DNA of 64,000 bases from an uncultured virus (IMG/VR IMGVR_UViG_3300021399_004696) (Duplodnaviria; Heunggongvirae; Uroviricota; Caudoviricetes). The notes beneath the pieces were generated by a model. It did no database searches, was not told the origin of the DNA, and was given only the letters and a program-made list of their open reading frames with translations. This document shows, one piece after another, positions 47,890 to 57,190 of the stretch. The first letter of the stretch is position 1, and each line of letters begins with the position of its first letter. Location of the stretch: IMG/VR virus record IMGVR_UViG_3300021399_004696. One strand, written 5' to 3'. The translations under genes and the position numbers were made by a program.

Positions 47890-50427
47890 ATGGATAACAG
47901 CTTAAAGACAATCAAGGGGAGGATCACCCGCATATTTAACGGCTATCCGAAAGCGGACGGTTTGTACGGCTTCGGTCTTGAAGTTGACCCCCAATACGCT
48001 AATCTGGTTGAATACAATCAGTACGGAAACATTACTTGTTTCGGGCGTACTACTCTGGATCTTGATACCGGAGATCAGGTAGAGCTTACCGAGGTCTCAA
48101 AATCCAAAAGCAAGACTTATCAGGGTACCTACAACTTCGGGCATCTTGACATGGTCTTAGACGAACGTCCGCAACTTATCAAATTCCTGCAAAATTTTCA
48201 CGGGATCGGACCCGTAGCTGCTACCCGTATCGTTAACGGTTTCGGTATGGATGCCAGAGAATATATCAAACAAAATCCTGAACTGGTCAAAAATACCTGC
48301 CGTCTGACAGACAAGCAGATCCAGGCTTTGCACGGCGGTCTTATCGCCAACGACGAAAAGGCAGTCCTGTCCCAGTTCCTTTACGAGCTCAGTTCTAAGA
48401 TGATCGACAATATCCTTGAGCATTTTATAGGGAAGAATAAGGATTATCAGACGGTTAAAGGCCTTATGAAAGCCATTGAAGATAATCCGTACATCTTATG
48501 TAAGGTGCCCAGGATATCTTTCCTGAAAGCAGACCCCGTTGCTTTACGACTGGGCATTGACCGATATTCAGAGCTTCGTCTTTCGGAGGCTTTGCTGTAT
48601 TACATGAAACAGAACGGGGTTAAAAACCTGTATATCAACCTGTCAAATAAGTATGAATATACCAGACTGATAAATGATATGAACAAGCTTCTGGGCATTA
48701 CTTTTAATTCAGGAGCTGAATGCTCGCACTTTTACGCGAGCTTTATCAAGAGCTGTCATTCTCCCGATCCCGAGGACGACGCTTATTTTACGCTGGATTA
48801 TTACAAGAATCCGCAGACAGGAAATTCGGAAGCGCATCTTTATTTGAAAGATATCTTTATTGCTCAACAGCACTGTCTTCATTTTTTACAGAATAAGGCA
48901 GTCATCAGCAACCGTAATCCGCAGCCCTTCGATTTTGAAGATTTCAAGTATACTATCCAGGATTATCAGGACGCCAAAAATCTGACTTTGACAGACGAGC
49001 AGATCAAAGCGGCTCAGAATGCTCTGGCTTCAGAAGTGAGTATCATTACGGGGGGCCCTGGCCGTGGTAAGACCTGCATGATCGATTTTATTGCCTCAAC
49101 GTGGGAAAATTACAGCAGTTTCAACCGGGTTATATTGTTGGCGCCTACCGGAAAAGCCATGAATAAACTGAAAACGGTAACGCATAACGACTACAATACT
49201 ATGACGGTCGACCGTTTTATCTGTCAGCTTAAATTTGCAGATCAGGGAAGCCGTTCTGATGTTGACGACAGGCATACTTTTATTATCATAGATGAGAGTT
49301 CTATGATCGACATATGCAAAGCATCGGAGCTGTTTAAGATAGCCCCTCTTTGCCGTTTCTGTTTTGTCGGGGACGCTGATCAGTTGCCTCCGATAAGCCC
49401 GGGGGACTTTTTTAAAGATCTCATTGAATCTGATAAATTCCCTGTCAGCCGATTAACTACACCTCTTCGAAATCACGGGTTGATCTTGCAGAATGCTGAA
49501 AAGATAAACGCAAAGAACACGCAACTGGAGTTTGATAACAAGGAAATGTCTTTCATCAAGACAACAGGCGATTCCCAAGAAGTAACGGAGCAGATAATCG
49601 ACAAGTATCTTCAAGAAGTCGCAGAAATCGGAGATCCTTCTTCTGTAGCGTTATTGTGTCCGGTAAAGAGCGGGGAGACCGGAGTTGCAGACCTTAACAT
49701 AATCGCACAAGACCGTTTGTGCCCCAAATCAGGATCGGGGGTTCCTGTTAAGATTCATCCGTTTGGTGAGTCCGCGATCGTAGAAAAAGGCTTTGAGCTT
49801 GATAGTTGGTATGGCTGCAAAGGCAAGGCGACCAAGTTCCGCATAGGGGATCTTGTTATGAATACTGAAAACGACTACGAAGCACAGCTTTACAGTCAAA
49901 AAGATCCCGTTGATGAATATGTTTATAAGAAAGCCGAAGATCAGGGTATCTTTAACGGAGAGTGGGGTTTTATCACTTCTTATATCCCTACTTTCCAAAA
50001 TCCTGAAAACGATCAGACTATAAGTCTTGTCGGTATAAAAATGTACAACAACATGACGGTCTTTGTACCTTTACAGGAGCTGTCTGAAAGATTCGATCTC
50101 GGGTATGCTATAACGGTACACAAAGCACAGGGCTCGGAATATAAGTCTGTTATCTATGTATCGCCTCATCGTATGGCGGCCTGGGCGAATACATCATCAG
50201 ACATCGGGGGTTTTGTAACTAAAAACCTTATCTATACCGGCGTTACCAGGGCACAGGAGAAAGTGCTGATCGTAGGGTCTGAAAAATCGGTAGCGGCTTG
50301 TATCATGCACGACTATCCAAAATATAACAGTACTTTCCTTTCAAGGCTTCAAAATGATGTTGAAAAAACAATTCCGATTGAAGAAAAATACGATTTCGAA
50401 GAACTGAATTACAGGGATGATCTGTAA
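47890..50427 (+). CDS. recD2: RecD2/TraA-like SF1B helicase, C-terminus RDDL
   Basis: HhH GIGPV.A, GGPGRGKT, APTGKA, DESSM, GDADQLPP, YAITVHKAQGSEY, YTGVTRA. Confidence 0.9.
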   Translation: MDNSLKTIKGRITRIFNGYPKADGLYGFGLEVDPQYANLVEYNQYGNITCFGRTTLDLDTGDQVELTEVSKSKSKTYQGTYNFGHLDMVLDERPQLIKFLQNFHGIGPVAATRIVNGFGMDAREYIKQNPELVKNTCRLTDKQIQALHGGLIANDEKAVLSQFLYELSSKMIDNILEHFIGKNKDYQTVKGLMKAIEDNPYILCKVPRISFLKADPVALRLGIDRYSELRLSEALLYYMKQNGVKNLYINLSNKYEYTRLINDMNKLLGITFNSGAECSHFYASFIKSCHSPDPEDDAYFTLDYYKNPQTGNSEAHLYLKDIFIAQQHCLHFLQNKAVISNRNPQPFDFEDFKYTIQDYQDAKNLTLTDEQIKAAQNALASEVSIITGGPGRGKTCMIDFIASTWENYSSFNRVILLAPTGKAMNKLKTVTHNDYNTMTVDRFICQLKFADQGSRSDVDDRHTFIIIDESSMIDICKASELFKIAPLCRFCFVGDADQLPPISPGDFFKDLIESDKFPVSRLTTPLRNHGLILQNAEKINAKNTQLEFDNKEMSFIKTTGDSQEVTEQIIDKYLQEVAEIGDPSSVALLCPVKSGETGVADLNIIAQDRLCPKSGSGVPVKIHPFGESAIVEKGFELDSWYGCKGKATKFRIGDLVMNTENDYEAQLYSQKDPVDEYVYKKAEDQGIFNGEWGFITSYIPTFQNPENDQTISLVGIKMYNNMTVFVPLQELSERFDLGYAITVHKAQGSEYKSVIYVSPHRMAAWANTSSDIGGFVTKNLIYTGVTRAQEKVLIVGSEKSVAACIMHDYPKYNSTFLSRLQNDVEKTIPIEEKYDFEELNYRDDL

Positions 50428-50467
50428 ATATAAAAAGTCTGAAAACGCCGTGTTTTAGCGTGTTTTG

Positions 50468-50498
50468 CCGGGCTTACAACCTCTTATTCTGCGATAAT
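50468..50498 (+). promoter_or_regulatory. CCGGG-N20 promoter of the PARP gene
   Basis: CCGGG 50468, GATAAT 50493. Confidence 0.75.
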
Positions 50499-50537
50499 CT
50501 AAGCATAGAAGAACAGAAGATATTAAAGGAGGTTTTT

Positions 50538-52040
50538 ATGCGCAACATCGTTATCAGCAGCCAGAATAAAGGTGAGCTTTATCGCGGAACTGTCGAGTTT
50601 GAAGAGAGTGCTATCTATCATCTTATCGGTGAGCAGCTTCTTAAGGTAGCGGATAAGTTGCCTGATACTGTAAGCGTAGATCTCGGAGAGGATTCCATGA
50701 CATTCAAGTGTGGTGTCAGGGGCCATTACACAAAGAACGGTGTGGAAATGCCTTCCATGTATGTTACCGAGACTTGGAACTCTACGTGGCGCATTCCCAG
50801 AAACGAGATGTACGAGGATAAGTATCTTACTTGTGTCAATCCCGAATCAAACAATTATAAGTTTTATTGGCTTAGGCCCGACACTAATGGTGTGGGTGCT
50901 ACATACGGGCGAATCGGAAGTGAGAGGGGAGAGGCTTTCGGAACAAAAGACCTGATGACTCCTTATCCGCTTCACATGTTCTGGATTAGATATTTTGAAA
51001 AGATCTCTAAGGGTTATATCGATCAGACGGATGTATATCTCAACTATGAAAAGCCGGAAGAGGTCAAGCCTGCAGACAAGGCCGAAGAGGAAGTTAAGAA
51101 GGTTAAGGTAAATGAGGCGTCTCGTAAGCTTTATGATATCCTTCGTGCTTGCAGCCGTCAGTACGTCAGTGAGAGAGTTGCAGTTGATGTAGATAAGATC
51201 ACATATGCACAGTATAAGAAGTCCAGAGAGCTTCTTGACGATCTTAAGGCTAAGAATGGCAATGCAGACGATCTTATGAAAGTGGACGAGTTTAACAAGA
51301 TCTTAACTGAACTCCTGGCAGTCGTACCCAGAAAGACCAGAGATGTAAGATTGCAGTTAGCCAACCGCGCAAAGGATTACACTTCTATCCTTGACAGAGA
51401 AGAAAATCTCGTTAACGCTATGCAGGCCGTTGTAGGGTCGGTAAACGTTAAGACAACAGACGAGGAAAGCTTTGAGGGTATGGGTATCAAAGTATATCCT
51501 GCTACCGATAAGCAGAAGGAAGAGGTCTATAAGCACCTTGGAGACGGTCTTAAGGGCAAGGTAAAGAACGTATACCGTGTTATCCACAAGGCACAGAAGG
51601 CACGTTTCGACAAGTATCTTAAGGATAACAACATTCATCACGTCAAAGAGCTTTGGCATGGGTCCAGAACAGAGAATTGGTATTCGATCATCCTGAATTC
51701 TTTGTCTTTAACACCTAATGCCGCTATCACAGGTAAGATGTTTGGTAAGGGTATCTACTTTGCCCCTTCCGCACAGAAGTCTTTCGGATATACGTCTTGC
51801 TACGGTACTTATTGGGCGCATGGCCACTCAAATAGCGGATATATGGGGCTTTTTGCCACCGCATACGGAAAGCCTTATGACACATCATCAGCGCTTCCGC
51901 ACTTTGATAAGAGCGCTCTTCACAGGACAGGAAAGGATTGTGTTCATGCACATGCCGGAGCGAGTCTTAGGAATGACGAAATCATCTTCTATGATGAAAA
52001 TGCATGTCTTATAAACTACATTGTCGAGTTCGTAGCTTAA
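50538..52040 (+). CDS. WGR-like plus PARP catalytic domain ADP-ribosyltransferase
   Basis: NNYKFY...YGRIG (WGR-like); LWHGSR, GKMFGKGIYFA..AQKS.GY, LRNDEIIFY giving an H-Y-E triad. Confidence 0.88.
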   Translation: MRNIVISSQNKGELYRGTVEFEESAIYHLIGEQLLKVADKLPDTVSVDLGEDSMTFKCGVRGHYTKNGVEMPSMYVTETWNSTWRIPRNEMYEDKYLTCVNPESNNYKFYWLRPDTNGVGATYGRIGSERGEAFGTKDLMTPYPLHMFWIRYFEKISKGYIDQTDVYLNYEKPEEVKPADKAEEEVKKVKVNEASRKLYDILRACSRQYVSERVAVDVDKITYAQYKKSRELLDDLKAKNGNADDLMKVDEFNKILTELLAVVPRKTRDVRLQLANRAKDYTSILDREENLVNAMQAVVGSVNVKTTDEESFEGMGIKVYPATDKQKEEVYKHLGDGLKGKVKNVYRVIHKAQKARFDKYLKDNNIHHVKELWHGSRTENWYSIILNSLSLTPNAAITGKMFGKGIYFAPSAQKSFGYTSCYGTYWAHGHSNSGYMGLFATAYGKPYDTSSALPHFDKSALHRTGKDCVHAHAGASLRNDEIIFYDENACLINYIVEFVA

Positions 52041-52043
52041 CAG

Positions 52044-52075
52044 ACGAGGCCCTTCTTCGGAAGGGTCTTGTTTTT
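52044..52075 (+). terminator. intrinsic terminator
   Basis: GAGGCCCTTC-TTCG-GAAGGGTCTT followed by T-run. Confidence 0.8.
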
Positions 52076-52076
52076 G

Positions 52077-52107
52077 CCGGGCTTTTACCCTTTGGTTGTG
52101 AGACAAT
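52077..52107 (+). promoter_or_regulatory. CCGGG-N20 promoter
   Basis: CCGGG 52077, GACAAT 52102. Confidence 0.7.
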
Positions 52108-52137
52108 GATCATAGAAGTATATAAGGGGGAGTGTTT

Positions 52138-52455
52138 ATGGATGACAGAACGGTTATATTTTGTAATTTGTTGGCCCTTTTAGAAGCTTTGAAAGAAAAA
52201 CCGGATGTAGATCGCAAGACCCAACTTGCAGGCATTATAGATATTTTATCAGGTGTTTCCTTTGATCTGGACGATTGTGTTGATTGTATGGAACTTCTTC
52301 AACAAAGCGAAATAAATAAAGCTGAAAAAGAAGGGGCAGATAATAAGTGCTTGATTGAATTTCTTGGTGAAACACGGGAACAGTGCATATCAATTTTAGA
52401 CCAGATAGACGATCTGATTGAAAGGCTCGTTAACAAGCTTGACGATTTAATGTAA
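52138..52455 (+). CDS. hypothetical helical protein
   Basis: GGGGAG SD. Confidence 0.65.
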   Translation: MDDRTVIFCNLLALLEALKEKPDVDRKTQLAGIIDILSGVSFDLDDCVDCMELLQQSEINKAEKEGADNKCLIEFLGETREQCISILDQIDDLIERLVNKLDDLM

Positions 52456-52472
52456 CAATTCACGTTCTGGTG

Positions 52473-52501
52473 TTGAAAAGGGTAAAATCGTGTGTTAATA
52501 C
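52473..52501 (+). promoter_or_regulatory. SigA-like promoter upstream of the divergent sigma gene
   Basis: TTGAAA-17 bp-TAATAC. Confidence 0.45.
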
Positions 52502-52560
52502 AAAGACGTAGTGTAATAGTTTAAGGAATTGTTTCGACTAATACAAGGTGTGTGAACCAA

Positions 52561-53598
52561 ATGACATTAAATTGTAATGTTGCTTTACAGGACATCGAAA
52601 AACTGGTTGCGGTCAGTAAGAATGGAGAAATATCGGAGAAGGACTTTAACAGCGTAGGAGAACTGCGTAATCTTTCTCCTGATGAGTTGGAAGAATTATA
52701 CGACGTTGTTTCTCAGAAGTTTACTATCGTTTCAGACCCGGGTACAACAGAGGATGAATCAGATCTTGCTGACGGCAGCCTGGACAGTGTTACTATGTAC
52801 TTTAAAGAAATCGCCGGCTTCCCCTTATTGACCAGAGAGCAGGAAAAGGAGTATTTTACCCGCTATAGAGAGGGAGAGAAGGACCTCAGAGAGCTCCTTA
52901 TTACATCAAACTTAAAGCTCGTAGTGCCCGTAGCTAAGCAGTATCTTAATAACGGAGTCCCGCTGAACGATCTCATTCAGGAGGGCAACTGCGGACTTAT
53001 GACGGCTGTAGATAAATTTGATGTCAGTAAGGGTTTTAAGTTTTCGACGTATGCTCGTTGGTGGATTGTCCGCTATGTGAGGACATGTATTGCTGAAGCA
53101 GGCCGAACCATAAGGATTCCTCTTAACGTAGGAATTCTTTTAAATAAGATCAAATACGCAGAGCGTATGTTAACGCAGGAGTTTAACCGCCAGCCTACCG
53201 AAGAGGAATTGTCAAACAAGACCGGTATTCCGGAGGAAAAGATTCGTCTCATAAAGCAGAGTACCTTACAACCGCTGTCATTAGACACCCCCTTATCAGA
53301 TGAAGAAGGAGCCTGTACTATAGCTGACTTCATTCCGTATGACGGGGAAGAGCCTGACCAGGAAGCTAATCTTTATATATATAATCAGGATATGTCTGCT
53401 TTGTTAAGTCTGTTGACCGAAAAGGAATACGAAGTCCTTAAATACAGACTCGGTCTTGAAGGCGAGACGCCTCACACTTTAAAAGAAATAGGGAATTTGG
53501 TTGGTTTGAGTAACGAAAGAGTCCGTCAGATCGGGGCTAAAGCTATAAGAAAGCTTGGCAGATCTTCTTTAGCTAAAAGGCTGAAAGACTCTTATTAA
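52561..53598 (+). CDS. sigma-70 family sigma factor, divergent
   Basis: DSVTMYFKEI, SNLKLVV, DLIQEGNCGL, FSTYARWW, RTIRIP, TLKEIG..SNERVRQI. Confidence 0.92.
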   Translation: MTLNCNVALQDIEKLVAVSKNGEISEKDFNSVGELRNLSPDELEELYDVVSQKFTIVSDPGTTEDESDLADGSLDSVTMYFKEIAGFPLLTREQEKEYFTRYREGEKDLRELLITSNLKLVVPVAKQYLNNGVPLNDLIQEGNCGLMTAVDKFDVSKGFKFSTYARWWIVRYVRTCIAEAGRTIRIPLNVGILLNKIKYAERMLTQEFNRQPTEEELSNKTGIPEEKIRLIKQSTLQPLSLDTPLSDEEGACTIADFIPYDGEEPDQEANLYIYNQDMSALLSLLTEKEYEVLKYRLGLEGETPHTLKEIGNLVGLSNERVRQIGAKAIRKLGRSSLAKRLKDSY

Positions 53599-53613
53599 GC
53601 CCGCATTTTTTTG

Positions 53614-53644
53614 CCGGGCACTTTGATTTCAGAGTTGCTATCAT
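53614..53644 (+). promoter_or_regulatory. CCGGG-N20 promoter
   Basis: CCGGG 53614, TATCAT 53639. Confidence 0.75.
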
Positions 53645-53681
53645 ATCTCCAGAACACAAGATATGGAAAGGAGATACCGTT

Positions 53682-54017
53682 ATGAAGGCAACAACAATTT
53701 CTAAGAGGGAAGATAGAATACTTCGCAGAATGCGTAAAGTCGTCCGTGGAATCGAATCGCTTGCAGATTACGAGGGCGGCGGTCTTGTTATGATGTTTAT
53801 CGGAGTGTCGCTTACATTCATTACTTTCTTAGCATATGCTTATGAGCTGATCCATAATATGGCTCTCGTGCTTGTTCCCAGTTTGTCGGCTATATTCCTG
53901 TGGTATGTATGCTACACGATCACATTCGTTCTTTCCAAAGTAGAAGATAAGGTCAGGAGCGAAAAGCTTCGTGAGGCTTATTTTAAGGCGGTAGCCGAAG
54001 GAAGGGTACGTAAATAA
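53682..54017 (+). CDS. membrane protein (two TM segments)
   Basis: AAGGAG SD. Confidence 0.65.
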   Translation: MKATTISKREDRILRRMRKVVRGIESLADYEGGGLVMMFIGVSLTFITFLAYAYELIHNMALVLVPSLSAIFLWYVCYTITFVLSKVEDKVRSEKLREAYFKAVAEGRVRK

Positions 54018-54018
54018 A

Positions 54019-54603
54019 ATGCAGTATTTTATCTCTGATACACATCTGGGTGATTTCGGTATTGCCAAATATCAAAGTGATTTTTCATCCCTGAAAGAGC
54101 GTGATGAAATGATCATTTCTAATTGGAATTCGATCGTTAAGCGTCAAGATGATGTATATATAATCGGAGATCTGATATCTCATCAGTACGGAGATTTTTA
54201 TCATATCCTTCGCAGGCTTGAAGGTCAGAAACATCTTATAATCGGCAATCATGACCATGATCTCATATTAAACAGAAAGGCCCGCACTTATTTCGTCTCT
54301 ATTGATGACATTAAATTCATAAGAGATGAGGAAACGGGGCAGGGGCTTGTTCTGTGTCATTATCCCATGGCCGAATGGAACGGATATCAGCGCGGAGTAG
54401 ATCACATCTACGGTCACATTCACGAAAACTCCAAGGATGTGTTCAGATTCATGTTCGAAAAAGGTATGAATGAACCGGATAAGGGCCGAGCTTATAATGC
54501 TTGCGTTATGATCAATAATAATAAGCCTTGTACTCTGGAAGAGATAAAAGCAAATAATCTCATTTACTATAACAGCCTCAATGTAACACCAAAAGAGCTG
54601 TAA
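54019..54603 (+). CDS. calcineurin-like metallophosphoesterase, C-terminus PKEL
   Basis: SDTHLG, IGDL, IGNHD, CHYP, YGHIH. Confidence 0.88.
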   Translation: MQYFISDTHLGDFGIAKYQSDFSSLKERDEMIISNWNSIVKRQDDVYIIGDLISHQYGDFYHILRRLEGQKHLIIGNHDHDLILNRKARTYFVSIDDIKFIRDEETGQGLVLCHYPMAEWNGYQRGVDHIYGHIHENSKDVFRFMFEKGMNEPDKGRAYNACVMINNNKPCTLEEIKANNLIYYNSLNVTPKEL

Positions 54604-54656
54604 TCCGGATTTTTTCGTGATAGACGGTAGTTAAAACAGTTTGGAGGTTATCGTCT

Positions 54657-54932
54657 ATGACAAACGAAGAAATTGATATGCTCCTGGCAGGGCAGGGAAG
54701 TATCGAATGCTATGGAGATACTTATATCTGTTTAGGCCGTGTAGGGGATATGGATTTTGATTCATTCAAAAAGGATATTAAAGAAAAAAGCGGAATCCGT
54801 GTTCCCGATCTTGCGGAAGAGATGATCGTGCTGCAATGCGAGGCCGATGACGTTCCTGTTTATTTCAGTGAGCAGGCTTTAAAACAGAAAAGGGACTTCC
54901 GGTTTGTGCCACATATTGAGAAAAGCCTGTGA
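54657..54932 (+). CDS. orphan, C-terminus EKSL
   Basis: GGAGGT SD. Confidence 0.7.
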   Translation: MTNEEIDMLLAGQGSIECYGDTYICLGRVGDMDFDSFKKDIKEKSGIRVPDLAEEMIVLQCEADDVPVYFSEQALKQKRDFRFVPHIEKSL

Positions 54933-54967
54933 CAGTTTTGTTTCCAGGTTTTTGTTAATGCGTTTTG

Positions 54968-54998
54968 CCGGGTGTTTTACATAAAGACCGGCTATACT
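54968..54998 (+). promoter_or_regulatory. CCGGG-N20 promoter
   Basis: CCGGG 54968, TATACT 54993. Confidence 0.78.
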
Positions 54999-55029
54999 TT
55001 AAGTATCAAATAACAAAGGAGATTTTTAT

Positions 55030-55617
55030 ATGGCACTTACAACAGAGCAGATGGAAGCTAACAAGAAGGAGTTTATTGACCTTCTCAAGAGCAGCAATAG
55101 AGCCGGAATCGATAAGCTCATTACTTGGCTTGAGTCAGGTAGCGACTTCTTTACAGCTCCCGCATCTACTAAGTATCACTCATCTTATGAGGGTGGGCTT
55201 GTCAGGCATTCCCTGAACGTTTACGAGTGTTTGAAGGCTAAGGTGGACTCCGGACTTATCGATCTTAAGCCTGACGTAGTTATCATCACGGCGCTTCTTC
55301 ACGACATTTGCAAGGCAAACTTTTACGAGAAGCAGACTAAGAACAAGAAGATCGACGGTGTATGGCACGAGGTCCTTGAGTGGGGCGTTAACGAGAAGCT
55401 CCCTATCGGTCACGGTGAGAAGTCTTGCTATATCGCATCTCTTTTTATCAGGCTTTCCCCCGAAGAGTTTGCAATGATCCGCTTCCATATGGGAAGAGAG
55501 TCACAGGATTACAACGATTATTTTTCCAAGAGCGCAAAGCTCTTCCCCGGAGTAGTGGCGATCCACGCAGCAGATCTTGAGGCTGCGTATATAAAGGAAA
55601 TCGAAGTCGACCAGTGA
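55030..55617 (+). CDS. HD-domain hydrolase
   Basis: FFTAPASTKYH...GGLVRHSLNV, LLHDICK, GHGEKS, IRFHMG, HAAD. Confidence 0.88.
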   Translation: MALTTEQMEANKKEFIDLLKSSNRAGIDKLITWLESGSDFFTAPASTKYHSSYEGGLVRHSLNVYECLKAKVDSGLIDLKPDVVIITALLHDICKANFYEKQTKNKKIDGVWHEVLEWGVNEKLPIGHGEKSCYIASLFIRLSPEEFAMIRFHMGRESQDYNDYFSKSAKLFPGVVAIHAADLEAAYIKEIEVDQ

Positions 55618-55633
55618 GAGGAGGTCAGGTTTC

Positions 55634-56578
55634 ATGAAGGTCATCAAGAATAATAAGAAGGGCTTTACTCTTATAGAGATAATGCTTGTTATTGCTATAA
55701 TTGTTATCCTGTCCGCGGGCGTTCTGGTTGGTGTTACGGACCGTATCCGTGCAGCCAGAGAAAAGCAGGCGGCCCTGCAGGCACACGAGAACTATTGGGA
55801 TATCGCCTATAGGCAGGTTGATGAAATCTTGAGAAGGCCGACAGACACTCCCGGTGGCGGAGGCGGTGCCGGCGGTGGTGGCGGTGCCGGTGGCGGAGGC
55901 GGTATCGGCGGCGGTGGCGGTACTAGTTCGGAGGATGACGATTACTGGTATCAGCAATATCTTAATCTTCTGAATGACCCTAATATTGTCATCGACTATG
56001 TAAGTGACGATTATCGTACGGTTCTCTGGCATTACAGATCGTCAGAGCCTACAAGCGCTCCTACATCAGCACCTACAAGCGCTCCTACATCAACACCTAC
56101 AAGTGCCCCTACATCAGCTCCTACGACTGCACCTACAAGCGCTCCGACATCAGCACCTACAACTGCTCCTACGAGTGCTCCCACAAGCGCTCCTACATCA
56201 GCTCCTACGACCGCACCTACGGTGGCTCCTACGGCGGTTCCTACGACAGCACCTTCGGACGATGATACACCCGTAACATATGACGGTGAGTTTGTTACAA
56301 GCGGTGGTACGACAGGTGTAAGAGGCATTACTCCGAATTCTGACGGTACCGTTACTCTTGAACTGCAGTATCAGTACAACACAGGTACTGTAAAGATCCG
56401 CCAGAATGATGACGGCACATACAGCATGTGGATCAATCCCGGTGATACAAACTTTATCGGTGCCGTTATCGGATATAACGCAGACAATCAGTGGTGCGCC
56501 ACTAACAGGTGGGTAAATCTCTCACCTACGGCCGTATCTCAGATGGAAGATGCATACGGCGTTTCATTTAGCGGGTAA
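55634..56578 (+). CDS. prepilin-type (type IV pilin N-terminal) protein with Gly-rich and Pro/Thr/Ser linker
   Basis: NNKKG|FTLIEIMLVIAIIVILS class III signal peptide. Confidence 0.85.
   Translation: MKVIKNNKKGFTLIEIMLVIAIIVILSAGVLVGVTDRIRAAREKQAALQAHENYWDIAYRQVDEILRRPTDTPGGGGGAGGGGGAGGGGGIGGGGGTSSEDDDYWYQQYLNLLNDPNIVIDYVSDDYRTVLWHYRSSEPTSAPTSAPTSAPTSTPTSAPTSAPTTAPTSAPTSAPTTAPTSAPTSAPTSAPTTAPTVAPTAVPTTAPSDDDTPVTYDGEFVTSGGTTGVRGITPNSDGTVTLELQYQYNTGTVKIRQNDDGTYSMWINPGDTNFIGAVIGYNADNQWCATNRWVNLSPTAVSQMEDAYGVSFSG
56048..56251 (+). repeat. 12-bp tandem repeat encoding 17 PT[S/T]A-like units
   Basis: Degenerate units such as CCTACAAGCGCT and CCTACATCAGCA. Confidence 0.9.
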
Positions 56579-56603
56579 GTTTGCCATATAGATTACCTCT
56601 TGG

Positions 56604-56640
56604 GAAAGGACGCTCTCGGTTTCGGGGGCGCCTTTTCTTT
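56604..56640 (+). terminator. intrinsic terminator
   Basis: AAAGGACGCTCTCG...CGGGGGCGCCTTT hairpin with T-run. Confidence 0.7.
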
Positions 56641-56665
56641 ATTTTATAAATACTTTAAGACCATT

Positions 56666-56696
56666 CCGGGTGTTTTGCATTTCCGCGGCTCATAAT
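56666..56696 (+). promoter_or_regulatory. CCGGG-N20 promoter
   Basis: CCGGG 56666, CATAAT 56691. Confidence 0.75.
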
Positions 56697-56734
56697 GTGT
56701 ATGTTATCTATATATCAGTATAAAGGAGGGACAT

Positions 56735-57190
56735 ATGAGCAACGTTACACCGATCGAACAGTATCTGGATGATCAGGCAGACCAGTCTAAAAATCCGTAT
56801 AATATCCAGCATTTGATAGAATTCTTCGCTTTTAAACAAATGCTCGATGACTTGGCCCGCAAGACCGGGGGCGGGTTTAAAGACATATCCAAGGTGTATA
56901 AGTATGATAAAGATTCTTTGTTTGTAGCATATGATCCCGAAATATATAAAACCGTTGTTGCCGGCGTTAATCATGATCGTGTTGTTTACCATAGGATCGT
57001 GAAAAGTGCCGTGAAACAGGAAGATGGAGCACACGCAATAGTCGAGTTATTTCCGAATTATGAAGATTTCATGACTTTATGCGTAATTCCTGATGACAAG
57101 GGTCAGGAGCCCTGGATCGAAGTCACACTTAAATCGGAACAGAGAAATGTAAGAATAGTGATCGAAAATGCAGTGTGGAGGGTAGTGTAA
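56735..57190 (+). CDS. hypothetical protein
   Basis: AAGGAGG SD. Confidence 0.7.
   Translation: MSNVTPIEQYLDDQADQSKNPYNIQHLIEFFAFKQMLDDLARKTGGGFKDISKVYKYDKDSLFVAYDPEIYKTVVAGVNHDRVVYHRIVKSAVKQEDGAHAIVELFPNYEDFMTLCVIPDDKGQEPWIEVTLKSEQRNVRIVIENAVWRVV

Noticed and set aside
56048..56251. Tandem repeat as a possible CRISPR array
   Set aside because: In-frame degenerate 12-bp coding repeats with no spacers and no cas genes.
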